Source: Entomortierella parvispora E1425 (lineage: Eukaryota > Fungi > Mortierellomycota). From it: a stretch of 64,000 bases of DNA. Below the pieces are notes generated by a model. The model had not been told where the DNA came from, made no database searches, and was given only the letters and a program-made list of their open reading frames with translations. A program made the translations under genes and the position numbers. The stretch is taken from the NCBI GenBank assembly GCA_020891255.1, contig BQFW01000014.1:248001-312000 (forward strand). The letters run 5' to 3'. This document shows positions 36,322-48,339 of this stretch, piece by piece; position 1 is the first letter of the stretch, and each line of letters begins with the position of its first letter.

Positions 36322-36699
36322 TGTGAGTGTGGTGGAATGACCAATGGAGTCAGTGCAGTGAAGTTCAGGTACGGTGGGAGAGCTGATGAGTTGATGGGGC
36401 GAGCAGAATGACGGGAGGGTGAATAATGACAAGTCGTGATTGGATGGATGGACAGAGGGACAGATGGATGGACCAATGTCAGTCGATGCGCAGATGACAG
36501 AGACAGACGGACAGCCAGACGGACGGACAGACAGACAGACAGACACCCAGTATCACATTGTGGGCTGGGCTGGTCCGGTTTGGTCCATTGGCGTAGGTGG
36601 AGCCGCCGCTTTGGGTTTCTTTTTTTTTTTTTTTTTTTATTCTTCTTTTTCTTCTTTTTCTTCTTTGTTCTCTTTCTCTCATGGGCAGATGCATGCAAC

Positions 36700-36765
36700 T
36701 CAACGCATGTGCATGTGCATGTGCATGTGCATGTCACTCTCAGTGGATCTGTGGATCTGTGGATC
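36700..36765. repeat. Simple repeats (gcatgt)n and (ctgtggat)n upstream of NRK1
   Basis: Directly visible, adjacent to (gaca)n and poly-T tracts. Confidence 0.7.
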
Positions 36766-38930
36766 TGTTGCCATAGTTTCGTTCCTTTGCGCTGCAACGT
36801 TGTCGTCACTTCCATCGGGTCAACTCCCAAGGGCGTCATAGCAACATCTTGCTGGGGTCTCGGCCTGCTGTACCACCAAGGGAGCACGCGTCCTTCTTCC
36901 GGTCGGATGATGACATCTCTGCACTTTGCGTACTCTTCCTGACTATGGGCGACAAGGGTGATCTCTGGGATGACTTTGGTCATAATCTGCGGATGTTGCT
37001 AAAACGAACCAGATCGCTGCGATGGGGGATGCTCCTTGATCTTGCATGTGTAGAAATGACCCATCCTATTTCCTTGTCGTGTGATGATCCATGCTATCAC
37101 TTGGTGATAGTGTCTATTTCGGTGGTTTGATGGTCAATGAGCTTTCTAGGAGGCCTTCTGAATATATGGCCAGGTTATAGTGGGAATACAAAGCAATCAT
37201 AGCCCTTCAATCACCCCGTGAAGGACTTTGTTCTCCTCCTCAGCTATCCGGCATATCAAAGGTGTAGCGTTCATTCTCTTTCAGTAAAGGAAGAAACATG
37301 GAAAGTGCATTCCCATGAGACTTGCCACCAACTCTCCTTGAATGCTTCTCCAATCTTTTTGAACTTCTTCAATACTTGAAGGTACGAAGCCTCGTCTTGG
37401 ACTTGATGAATTTCCGCGTCTTTTGGATGCGGTGCTGTCTGGAAACGAGAACATAGACAGGAGCCCCGATCTGAGTCTAGTGAAATGAGCGTGTGCCTTC
37501 TATCCCCTGTTATTGACACGCGCACTCCTTCCATGCATTCGGTCTCCCGGCTCTTTTTGTCTCACCCTACATTTCGAGGGGGTTCTGAGGGGGCTCCCCT
37601 TTTGTGGCGTGCATGCCCTGGTCCATCTCTGCAGCTTTGGTCTCTTGATGTCTTCTCGGAATTCTGTCTCCGTCCCCCCCAACTTTGACTTATTTTTGAC
37701 CGCGCAAACGGGCTGACTTTACTTTTTGTTTGTTTGTTCCACTTCTTGTCAGGCCCTGGCGAACCGTACCCGATCAAGCAAGGCTCAATGTCCAACAGGA
37801 TCTGATGGCCGCCATGGGGAACTGCAGTACAGCGCCTACCTGCTGAATATGTATTTGTAGACTAGAAACATCCAACACGCCCCACCTTTATTCGCCGCAG
37901 CACGATCCATGTAGATGGTCCGGGCCGTGCCATGCGACAGAAGCATCTGGAGACGACCAGCTCCTGTCATGGTTGGTGGCAACGTTCCATCCTCGTTCCC
38001 CTCTTTCGTTCCAGAAATGTAGTCGAACAGGAGGGCCCTTGAACCCAGAGACCAAGAGGTAATGGCTACATGTCATCATCTGGCAATCAATTGCTGGTAC
38101 CAACTCCTGATGTTGGTTTTGACCGTTACATTGTCTGCGTGTTTGTACCTTTGTGGACAGGACAGCGAAGAGTGCTATTCTTGGAAAGGGTTTTTTTTGT
38201 TTCTGCGCTGGGCCCTTTAGCTATTTATCCGTGTTGTCTGTGTAAAAGTAGCAAGGGCGTAAAGTGGAGCAAAGACACGTTCTGTTGCATTGCTTTGTGA
38301 GACTACCGCTTTGTGGGACCTAGTACTGAGAACAACCTGGCGAACCCAGCCCGTGCGACCACACCATGGCCATCGTCAACTCCACCGCACAACCGTCGAT
38401 CAAGGTTTCCATTCTGAAGCAGGGCGACGGAGCCAACGGCGAAAGAAAGATTATTTTTGTAATTGCGTGAGCACACCATGATAGAGCGGACCATGAACAG
38501 ACTAAACCGTAAACGCCCCCAGTGGTCAACCAACCCAACGATGTCCGCCGTTTACTCTTTCTCTCCCGGGCTTTTGAGGCCGCCAATTTGACCCAAATAG
38601 TTTTTTTCGACCCCTACCGAGGAAAACAGGCAAAAGCAAGCCCCGGGGAATCTGTCATTGGGCAAAAAGTCAAAAAGAGACCGGAACTGACTATTAATAA
38701 AGGCACCTCGACCTCTTCCTACTTTTTTTTTCTCTCTTGTCTCTCTGTCTTCTTTCTTTCTCCCTTTCCGTCTTCTTCTCCTCTTTACCACACCCTTCCT
38801 CGGCGGCTCATTGCGCTCCTTCGCCTTCTCTGCGTCCTGCCTTTTACGTTTCACCCATCTCGCACATACACCACTTTTCCATCACATACTCGCGCTTCCT
38901 TCCGAACCTTTCACGCCAATACCCTTCACA

Positions 38931-41900
38931 ATGGTTCGACTCTTCTTCGGACTCGCCGCAATGGCCACTGTGGCCTTTGCAGACAGTAGGTTCCCCTTCA
39001 CCTTGACCTTCACTAGGTTCCCCTTCATCTTCACCTTCACTCGTTTCAGAATCCGTCTTGCAAACACGCGTCCATTACAGACGCACACGATCAATTTCTT
39101 TGCACTCTGTCACACACCCCACACGACCGACTCACACGACCCACATGACCAATTTTATGGCCTGCACTCACACGACCATTGAGCACATACCATGCAATTG
39201 CTGCCAATGGTCGTCACATCTTTAATGATCAAATGAGGGTCTACTCTTGAATGTTGTGCACCTCCCTTTCTCCGTTTTACGCTGTCCACTGAGAGTGCAG
39301 TGCCTACGCATGATTTCGTTATCCTTCTCACTTGGCTCTCTGCTCCCCTCCGTTTTTTTTACCTTTCCCACCCTTGCAGGGCGTGGTGTCACCCCTCCTT
39401 GCCACATTCTCCTCGAAAAAGACTCCAAGACTCTCTCCTCCATATTCTTTCCCCTCTTTCGTTTTCGCATGTGGCGCCTTTTTCCTCTTTCGGCCTTTTG
39501 CGACAAACAGGAGAAGGGCCGGGCGTTGACAAAAAGTTGAGACATTTACTCATTGCTCATCGCGCGAGCAAGCCTGCTTGTCTACCGGATGAACGTTTTT
39601 TTTTTTCCCTTGTTTTTTCCTTTTTCTGTTTTCCGGTTTGTCCAACTGCCTCCTTTCCATCTTTTTTTTTTTTTCCGGTCGATAAGAGAAGAAAAAACGA
39701 CTCCTGGTGTTCGAGGCTTTGTGTCTTTTTTCCTAATGCAGCGCAATGCGCGACCTAGGTCGTTGTCGGGTTAATTTATCGTTCCTTCTTGGTCTTCTCT
39801 CCACTTGCTTCCAAAGAACACGAGCTGAGAAATTCAATCGCTTGTGCTCAGATTGCTCACTTGTCTCCCAATGGCTGAACCATCCACTCGTGTTCCCCGG
39901 TTTTTAGTTCAATAACCCAGGGTTGATCAAATTCTCGTGAAGATAGAAGAGAGGGAGGGGATGCACGGCTGTGGGTTTGACCAAGGGGGTGAAGGACCCC
40001 ATCTTGCATTCATGCAACGCAGGGCTAGAGATGTTTCTTATTTTTAGACCCCTTTGGCTCCCTTGGTCTTTTCAATCTTTTTTTTTCCTTCTTTTGTGCC
40101 CTGGCGACGTTTATTTGGACCTGCATTGGTCGTTTTTCACGGTTTGCTCCCTTTTTTGATCACTTGATCGCTTTACCGGGAATGACAACGGTTGGGAGGA
40201 CAAGGGCGTGGACACAAGCATCCACATGTGCATCCACAAACAAATGATGACCTACCAACATACGTCTGTGCACAAGGTCGATTCAGTGATGCTGACCATC
40301 TCTCTGTCTCTATTGCTCTTCTCACCTAGTTACGTACAACTGCATTGGTTATCCCACTGCCACCAATGGTGCCATGGGTGTCTCTATCAAGGGCGCAATC
40401 ACCAAGCTGTCCACGAATGAGACCATCTTCCCTCTCTGGACCGGTGTCGTCGCCGGCACAACTTCTGCTGACGAGTACCAGTACGTCGAGCTCGGTGCCA
40501 CTGGCGCAGCCGTCAAGACTGAGTCCTTCACGCGCAAGCTGAACGCCACCACGGACACTCACACTGACTTTGAGTTCTTTGAGCGTCCCGTGACCAAGCA
40601 CGATCTCCCCCGCCTGCCTTACACCTACCTGGCCACCTACCCTTCCAAGACCAAGGCCTTCAAGGAGGATCAGATCGCCACCATCCACCTTACCGCCCCC
40701 CAGGCTGCCGTTGATGCCATGAACGCCCAGCCCGAGTCCGAGGCCGACGTCAAGGTCACTTTCCGTTTCTTGAACGCCAAGACCGTCTACACTCAGACCA
40801 ACATCACCTTGAAGACTTCTGGCAAGTCCTCCAAGGAATTTGCCAAGCAGTCGTACAAGATCAAGTTTGATGGCGATTACAACCAGACCTTCTTTTCCCG
40901 TCCCAACCTCAAGCTGCGCTCCATGTCCACCGAGCCCACCATGATCCGTGAGAAGCTTTACATTGACATGCTCAACTCTGTCGGCGTCCCCACCCAGCAG
41001 GGTTCCTATGTTCGTCTGTATGTCAACAACATTCCCTACGGTCTGTTCTTGATGGTTGATGATATCAAAAAGTCGTTCATCAAGCAGACTGTCTATGGTG
41101 GTGACAACAACCAGATCCCTGGCTCTTTGATCCAGGCCAATGCTCCCTCTCTGACCGAACAGGCCGACCTTGCCTTCAAGGGCAGCCTTACTTCCAACTA
41201 TGGCAAGGATGTCTACACGATGCAGAACCTCGGCAACAACCCTGCCACCGAGCCTTTGCAGCAATTGATCAAGTTCATGGCCGATCTCGATGCTTACAAG
41301 CCCAATGCCACTACGAACCCTGTTGGTTACTGGACTGATCGTCTCGAGTTGGATGGTTTCTTGCGCAACATGGCCCTCGAGTACTTGATGGGTGCCTTTG
41401 ACAACTACTGGATGGCTGGCTCCAACTTTTTCATGTATTTCAACCCCAAGTTGTCCACTACCGGTAAATGGCAGTGGCTCCCTACCGATTTCGACGGTAC
41501 TTTTGGAAACGGTGCTGAGCTTGATGCCAAGGCCTCTTACAAGGCTCTGTACAACTTCCAGCCTGACCACCCCTTGGTGTCCAAGTTGATCATCCAGACC
41601 CCCGAGATTAACACCATGTTCAACACGGTCTTGAAGGAGATTGTCAGCACGGCCTTCAAGCCCGAGGCCATGAACGCTCGCATGGATGGTTTGCACAAGA
41701 TGATTGCCTTGGATGCCGCATGGGACTATTCCTTGAAGCGCATGTCGCCCGGCACGGACCTCAAGTTCACGATTGATGACTTTAACAACAACTTGGTCAA
41801 TATCACCAAGGATATGTCCGCTGCCCTGAAGCCTTGGGTCCAGGACCGCGCTGACGCCGTGGCCAAGGAGTTGGGCTTTGCCATCCCGGCTGGTACCGCG

Positions 41901-42068
41901 GACAGGATCGCCCCCCCTCCTCGCCCTGGCAAGGGTGGTAAGGGTGGCGATGATGATGATGATGATGGCGGAAAGGCATCGACCGACAACTCTGCCATGT
42001 CCATGATGGTCTCGACCTTTGCTCTTGTGGCAACGGTTGTTGCCTCGAGTTTGGTGGTCTTGGCTTAA
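38931..42068 (+). CDS. CotH kinase-family secreted/GPI-anchored protein #3 (exons 38931-38985, 40330-42068; 1344-nt first intron)
   Basis: Signal peptide MVRLFFGLAAMATVAFAD spliced in phase 1 to ITYNCIGYP, homologous to ADITFNVVGY of copy #2. CotH motifs and a hydrophobic C-terminal tail are present. Confidence 0.9.
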
Positions 42069-42641
42069 AAAAAAAAGAGACCCCCTACCCCAAAAGAGAA
42101 AGAAATATAATACCACTTTCGTTGTTTCCCGCGTTTTCCTCTTCTTTTTTTCCCCCCTTTTAACGACCCATGCCTTCTCCTCCACCCCTTCATTGAAGAA
42201 ATGACCCTCCCTTCTTGTTGTTTGCTGTTGTTTTTTCTATTGCATACTTTTTAAACTAGCTACTGTAATTTTACAACGCTACCCTTCCTTCTCCAAGAAA
42301 TAAATAAAATAAAAAAACCCCAAAGTAAGACAGAAAAGTGCGGTACTGGATGGGGACAGGCAAGATCTTCACTTCTATGATCTATCCTAGCGCCTATGGT
42401 GCCGTGTCCCATAGTCCGTTTCCTGATCTGGTCCGTGGTGGCTTGTGCCTGAATTTTTGTTTACTCCATTGACAGTCACGCAATCTGACCCTCCTCCGAG
42501 CCTGTCTATCTCAGCCTGACACCCCTTCGACCTGCACACACGCAGACACACACACTCCGCCCAAAGGTTGAAGCATTTCGGTCCCTGGTTCAGTCCTTCA
42601 TTCATTACCTCCCCTCCCCCTCCGTCATTAAACACATCACC

Positions 42642-43553
42642 ATGTCTGCCGCAGCATCAGTAGCAGCCACCTCCAAGGCCGCTGTCAAGCAGGCCTCCTC
42701 CACCGTCTACCTCTTCCGTCACATTCAGACCGCTCAGGTCCTCGTCTCCATGCAGAAAACCGTCGAGGTAAATCTTTCTTCTCTCTCTCTCTCTCTCTCT
42801 CTCTCTATGATGAAAGATGAACCCTGCCCTGTCTACCTCAGTCGAGACCTTTCTTTTCAGGAACAATGGAATCTCTCGTCAACAGAACACGGGAATCTCA
42901 CTTTGGACAAAGGAATGAAAGAACGAACCATCTCATCGTTCTAGCTGTTGAGCAGCGAAAAGCAACATACGACAAGACGGACAACAAGATACACCCATAC
43001 CACCCATACCACCCTTCCAACTCTTTTTTTTCCTGTCATGGATCGGATCGGAAAGCCAAGGAAAACAATACCTTTGTTCTTAACACCACCCCTGCTATTT
43101 CTCTCCACCTCTTAGAGACAAAACTTGAAGCAGATCACGGACGAGACCCGTCGCCCCGCCCATGTGCGCCATGACCATTGGCATCCTTTGGCCGCCGTCA
43201 AGGGCTTGCCCGATCACAAGGCCGCCCTCAGCCTTCACAACTCGCTTCGGGATCATCAACTCAACATGCACCAGCGTCAGTTTGTCCAGAACAAGGAACA
43301 TATGGCTCAACCCAAAAGACTCCGTGCCCCTCAGGAGATGAACCAGGTCGAGACCACTTTGGTCAAGTTGGTCGAGCTCTTGAACGAACAACCGGCTTTG
43401 AAGGCTTCCAAGGGTCAGGGCGTGGAGATCCTCTGGGAGCGGGACGGTGTCCGGAAACAAATCTTGGAGAAGGAAGGTCTCCCCACTTTGTTGGAGGGCA
43501 TTCAACACGGAGAGCTGGTCATCAAGCGTGGACGGGATATCGCCAACGCATAG
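42642..43553 (+). CDS. MHR1: Mitochondrial ribosomal protein mL67 / Mhr1-like (exons 42642-42767, 43116-43553)
   Basis: VYLFRHIQTAQVLVS...RRPAHVRHDHWHPLAAVKGLPDHKAALSLHNSLR resembles the Mhr1 pattern as recalled (VYIFRNLEYGQVLYS...LRRDIW). The N-terminus is Ala/Ser/Lys-rich and presequence-like. Confidence 0.7.
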
Positions 43554-44106
43554 AGACGATATCTTTTGCCAGAGAACAACAAAAAAAAAAAATGAAGAAA
43601 ATGAAGGGCTTTCCTAGGAAGCAATGGGGGGATTACCAGGAAGAATATCAGGATCGTTGAAAATATTACAAAAACCCAACAACACACAAAATATACAATT
43701 TGCATCAGTTCAGCATCAAAAAAAAAAAAATGACAAAGTTGTATTATATGGGGATAATTATCGTCAAGGAAGGAGCAGATCCGACGGGAACAGGATTTCG
43801 AGTGGTTGCTACTGAAGTTATAAAATCATGATGCTTGTTGGGTGGGAGTAACTTATTTTTTTCAGGCGAAAGGGCTTTCCATGCATGTGCTTCGAGAGTG
43901 GATGAGAGGGCAACGTAGTTTTCAGCCAAAGTGCCGCAATTGTTGTGCAAGGAGCTTTGAGTGGGAAAAGGATCATCATCCAGCACCGTCAGAAAACTGT
44001 TTAGGGGAGCTCATTCAAATCAGATGTAGCTACGCTTACGCCAAAAAAGAACAAAGAATGAACATTGACGGCGTTCCAAAAACGCCAGGGCAGGCAACCA
44101 CCTTTT

Positions 44107-46731
44107 TTACGCTGCCTTTTGGCTCTGGCCTTGGGGATCCAAAGCGGGAGGTCGAGCAGCCGAGGAGGCCGCGACTTGATCTGGTGCACTAGCACCTCCG
44201 GCTTGGGGTGGCGGCCTCATGTTGGCCCAAGGAGGCGGGGGCATGGGTCTCGGCGACATGTACCAGTTGGATGATACAAAGGGCCCCACAGGCACGCCCA
44301 CAGACGAAGTGGGCACACCTGCAGTACCAGGACCCATGGCCGCGAACTGTCCCTGATCGTAAACATAAAACAGAGGGGGAACCGTGTGCGGATAGAACAA
44401 TCCCTCGGGCGTTTGGATGCAAGCAGAGTAGTCAAACTGAGCTTGGCTATCCGCAGAGGGGCCAAAATGATCTGTCGCTGCAGGCTATTGTTGAATAAAT
44501 TCCAGCGTTTTTGTGAGAATCTTGCCTCCGATGTCATTACCAATTACAACGACACTGCACGTACCATAGGGACATAGGGGCTGTAAAACGCTTGGACGGG
44601 GTCAACCGCAGCAGTGCTCTGAGCAGGTCTTTGTTGCGGCGGCTGATGTCCCTGGTACACCGCTGGACTGGCACCGCTGTTGATGGGGACAGGCATCATC
44701 GGTGGCGGGTAGGGAAAGTAGGCAGAATAGTAAACCGGTCTGACGTCCTCCGCCATCGGTCCGGGATATCCATACTGCCGCGAGTAGTCTGCAGAATTGG
44801 CAGCTGGTCGTCTCAAAGGTGCACGCGAGACTTGCATAGCCACCTGCTGACGATGTGACCGAAACTCGGTCGTCTCTCGATGCTGGACGTAGATCTCTGA
44901 CCCCAGGAACTGTGTGCTATTCTATTATTGAGTCAATGGATGAGGCGTGGCCATAAAAGTTAGAGTCTTCACATTCATGGTGTTCTTCTCGGACGCCAGG
45001 ATCCTTACCGCGTGTTCAATGGCACTTCGGGCAGACTGCTCATTGTCAAACTCGATGAATGCAAACGCCACCACGCGGTCTGTGAGCGCGTTCGTTCGCT
45101 TGATCAAGCTGACCTTTTTCACATGACCATACTCTTGGAATCTCGTTCGCAGTTTCTCCTCTGTCGCTTCCTCCGGATTGAGCTGACCGACAAACACAGA
45201 CTCCTTTTCGACCTGATTCTGTTTGGAAAGGTTGGATGCCCATTCAACCGACCATCTTGATGAAGCTTTGAGGGACTAGAGACATCCAAAGCATGGATGG
45301 AGCAGCCATGAGTTCATAAGATGACGACTCCTTATGGCTGGACGATCACGGTCTTTGTCTTACCACGTATGCTTTGATGGCGTCATCGCGATAGGAGAAT
45401 TTTGCGAAAGCGTATCGACGGAAACGGTGGTCAAAACCGCGATCATGGAAAATGTTGACTTCCTCCAAGGGACCAAACTCCTCCAAGTACATCTTCAGGT
45501 CCTGCTCGTTGGAAAAAAAAAAAGACTAGATGCGTTAAAAGCGATCGACGTTAGGCAGCTTCCCATGCACATCAGATCATTACCTGCTCTGTGGTCTCGC
45601 GAGTAAATCTTTGGATAAAGAGCGTTCTGTTCACTCGAGCTTGTTCAATGCGAATATGACGGCCGTCCACAATCGTGTTCTGAGCCTCGGCCATGGCTCT
45701 TTGTGCGTCCTCGACGCGCTATTTGAAAACACGACGCGCTCTGCTGTTACACACAAATTCCCAATCGCCGCAGCAATGTGCACAAAAAAAAAAAAAAAAA
45801 AAACTTTTGTTACCTCAAACTGGACAAACGAGTAGGGTCGTTGCATCCAGTCCTTGAGCACCTTCACATTCCGAAGCGTTCCCCATCTCTCAAAATGTCT
45901 GGTCACAGACTCTGCAAGTTCAGTATCGGTCTTGCTTGCTGCCAAACTATTGAAAAGAAGGTCCTGGTGAGTTTGACAGGCGTCTTCCAAAAGTCATTAC
46001 AATGAAACAACAACGCCAGACTTTACCTCGCAACAAAAAGGCATGCTTGTGGTTCATTCATAGCTTGCTCTTGATAGTCTACGTCCTCCCTTTTCTCTTC
46101 GGATTGTTCATCACGATCCTTTGCATAGCCCAATGGACTCTTGGCAAGTTCAACTCGGGATGCCGGCAAAGGAGGCGGAGGCGAGTTTGGTTCGTGGATG
46201 GTATGAAGATCATTCACGTTCACACTCTCGATGACTGGTGGAGGTTGGATGTCCGTGTTGCTCTCGCGCGATCTGGTTCGCGCTTTGTTCGCCTCGACAG
46301 ATCTTGGCAGGGTTACAGCATCATTCACGCCCATTCGTCCTGTTGAACACAAAAGAAGAAAAGACTTCATTCGTTAAAAGGCCATCATTGTCACAGCCAA
46401 GGTTCCAAAGTTGCATCCACTTGGATGGTGTCCCATATTGTCAAAAAGATACATCACAGGAGATGGATCGATATGTCTCACACGTACCAAAAGCCTCGTT
46501 CATGGCGTTCTCACTTAGCAACGGCCGAGAGCCATGACCTTGCAACGGGCGATAGGGTGCGTTCCGAGTACCATGTGCACTTGTGGAAGCATGTTGAGAT
46601 CTGCGTTGGAAATGGTCCTGGTTCAAAGTTGGATGCCTTGGTTTTGGTTTTGGAACAGGTACGGGCCGCAAGACTGAGGTCGATCCTGGGAAGCGAGAGG
46701 TCGAAGGATGGGTTGGTCTCCGGTCGCTCAT
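44107..46731 (-). CDS. Multi-RRM RNA-binding protein, Rim4/Msa1-like (possible alternative last exon ending at 43744)
   Basis: PQACLFVA/SLAASKTDTELAESVTRHFERWGTLRNVKVLKDWMQRPYSFVQFE, ARVNRTLFI, AKFSYRDDAIKAY, a third RRM VFVGQLNPEEATEEKL...VAFAFIEFD, and a Pro/Tyr-rich low-complexity tail. Confidence 0.78.
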
Positions 46732-47133
46732 AGTGGAAAAAGAAACAGTAAGAGATAATCCTGTTGCAGATTCTATGTTCAGAGAGCAAGAAACTGTGAG
46801 AAGAGGATGTGTGTATATATGAGCGAAGAAGTGAATGAACCGATGCAACACGACCATAGTATCTCAGTATCACCCACTGCTGCGTGTATCAAAGGAAAGA
46901 GTCAAAAAAAAAAATCAACCGCAAGAACAAGAATCAATGGGTGTCCAACCAATGCCCAAGCGAGCATCGCGGGCGCTGGTTGCAGAAAAAGAGGTAGGGT
47001 TGGTTGCAAGGCATCATTACAGTATGTCTGATCCTTCAAGCACACCTCACTTTGGTGATCAAGGAGACATGGGGGAAAGAGTGGGGGCAGGTAGAACGCG
47101 TCTCCTTTCCATGAGCAAACAACTGTGACAACG

Positions 47134-47167
<34 letters not shown>

Positions 47168-48339
47168 CGGGAAACACAAACAAGGACAGGAGTGATTTCG
47201 GAAATGATCAATGCTGTCTGATATGTCTTGGCCAGGACATCTTCTGGTCGATTACAAGTTTCCCGCCAAAAAAAGTAAGAAACACCTTGCCTCAGAATCT
47301 GAAAGGTAAAAAATCAAGGACCCAAGTGACCACTGATGGAAAGAAAGGGGAACAGGGAGGGGTAGCGATGACCAAAGCTGGAAGGTACTTTTCTACATCT
47401 GGGATAAGTTGTAGGCAATGAAGGGGACCCACCGAGAACAACTGTCGTTGCGATTGCTGCAGCTGGAAAGTAGGGGATGAAGAGAAGAGAAGACCGGTAG
47501 CTGCAAAAGCGGGGGATGCTGAAGCCTACAGCAGAGGTGGCGCAAGAATGTTGCCAGTATCTGCTCGGAAGAGAACGAGATAGAATCGAATACAGTGTAG
47601 TGCAGCGCAGCGCAGCAAGAGACCTTAAGGGAGAAGTGAATGAAGCCGATGATGAGAATCAAAAACAAGAGGAGGAAAGAAAGAAAGAAAAGCTAAAGCG
47701 GGGACGACATCTCAACCGCAAGGAACACTGTCAATAAGCGATTGATCAGGACTGTCGCAGTTCCAAAGTACAGGATAAAAACAAAAGGGAAAAAGACTAA
47801 GGGTGCGTCAAGGAGGGGCAGAACGCGTCCCCTGATGAGGTACAAGGATTGGTTTCTCTTTGCTCTCTATACTCTTCATCGGAAATCGCTGTTCGCGCTC
47901 CTTCCGTTATAGTTATATCCGTTGCCTTCTTTTCTCTCTCCTTTGCTTGCCATATAGACACCCGAATAGGAACAACATCGACGGTATGTTGATTTTCTGC
48001 ATTTGCTTTGTTCTCCTGTCGCGTCAAAAAAAAAAAAAAAAAAAATCAATCAAATCATTTTTCTAAATACCTAGCCATCACCTTTAGTAATTTTCATTCT
48101 GAAAAGATTTTTGGAATCCTTGGCATTGTCCCTTGGCATTGCATTACATTCTTTGATGGTGTTGTGTCCTTGTCGATATCGACAGATCGGAAAAGGGCCT
48201 TTTTTTTTTTTTTTTTTTTTGCAACGGCCGAACGTCGATATCATACATCACGTGACTTATCATGCCATCTCATATCACGTGATTGAACGTAAAAAGTCCG
48301 AATATAGATGTCCCGAGACATCGATATTCAACAAATCAA

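Noticed and set aside
36207-36983. 258-aa ORF upstream of NRK1
   Set aside because: It reads through microsatellites and poly-A (CTCTCTC, KKKKK). Only the last part of the NRK1 region is real coding sequence, and in a different frame.
40326-42185. 619-aa minus-strand ORF overlapping CotH#3 (similar long antisense ORFs lie over CAC2, NUP42, CotH#1/#2 and ARG2)
   Set aside because: It is the antisense shadow of a strongly codon-biased gene and contains no recognisable motifs of its own.
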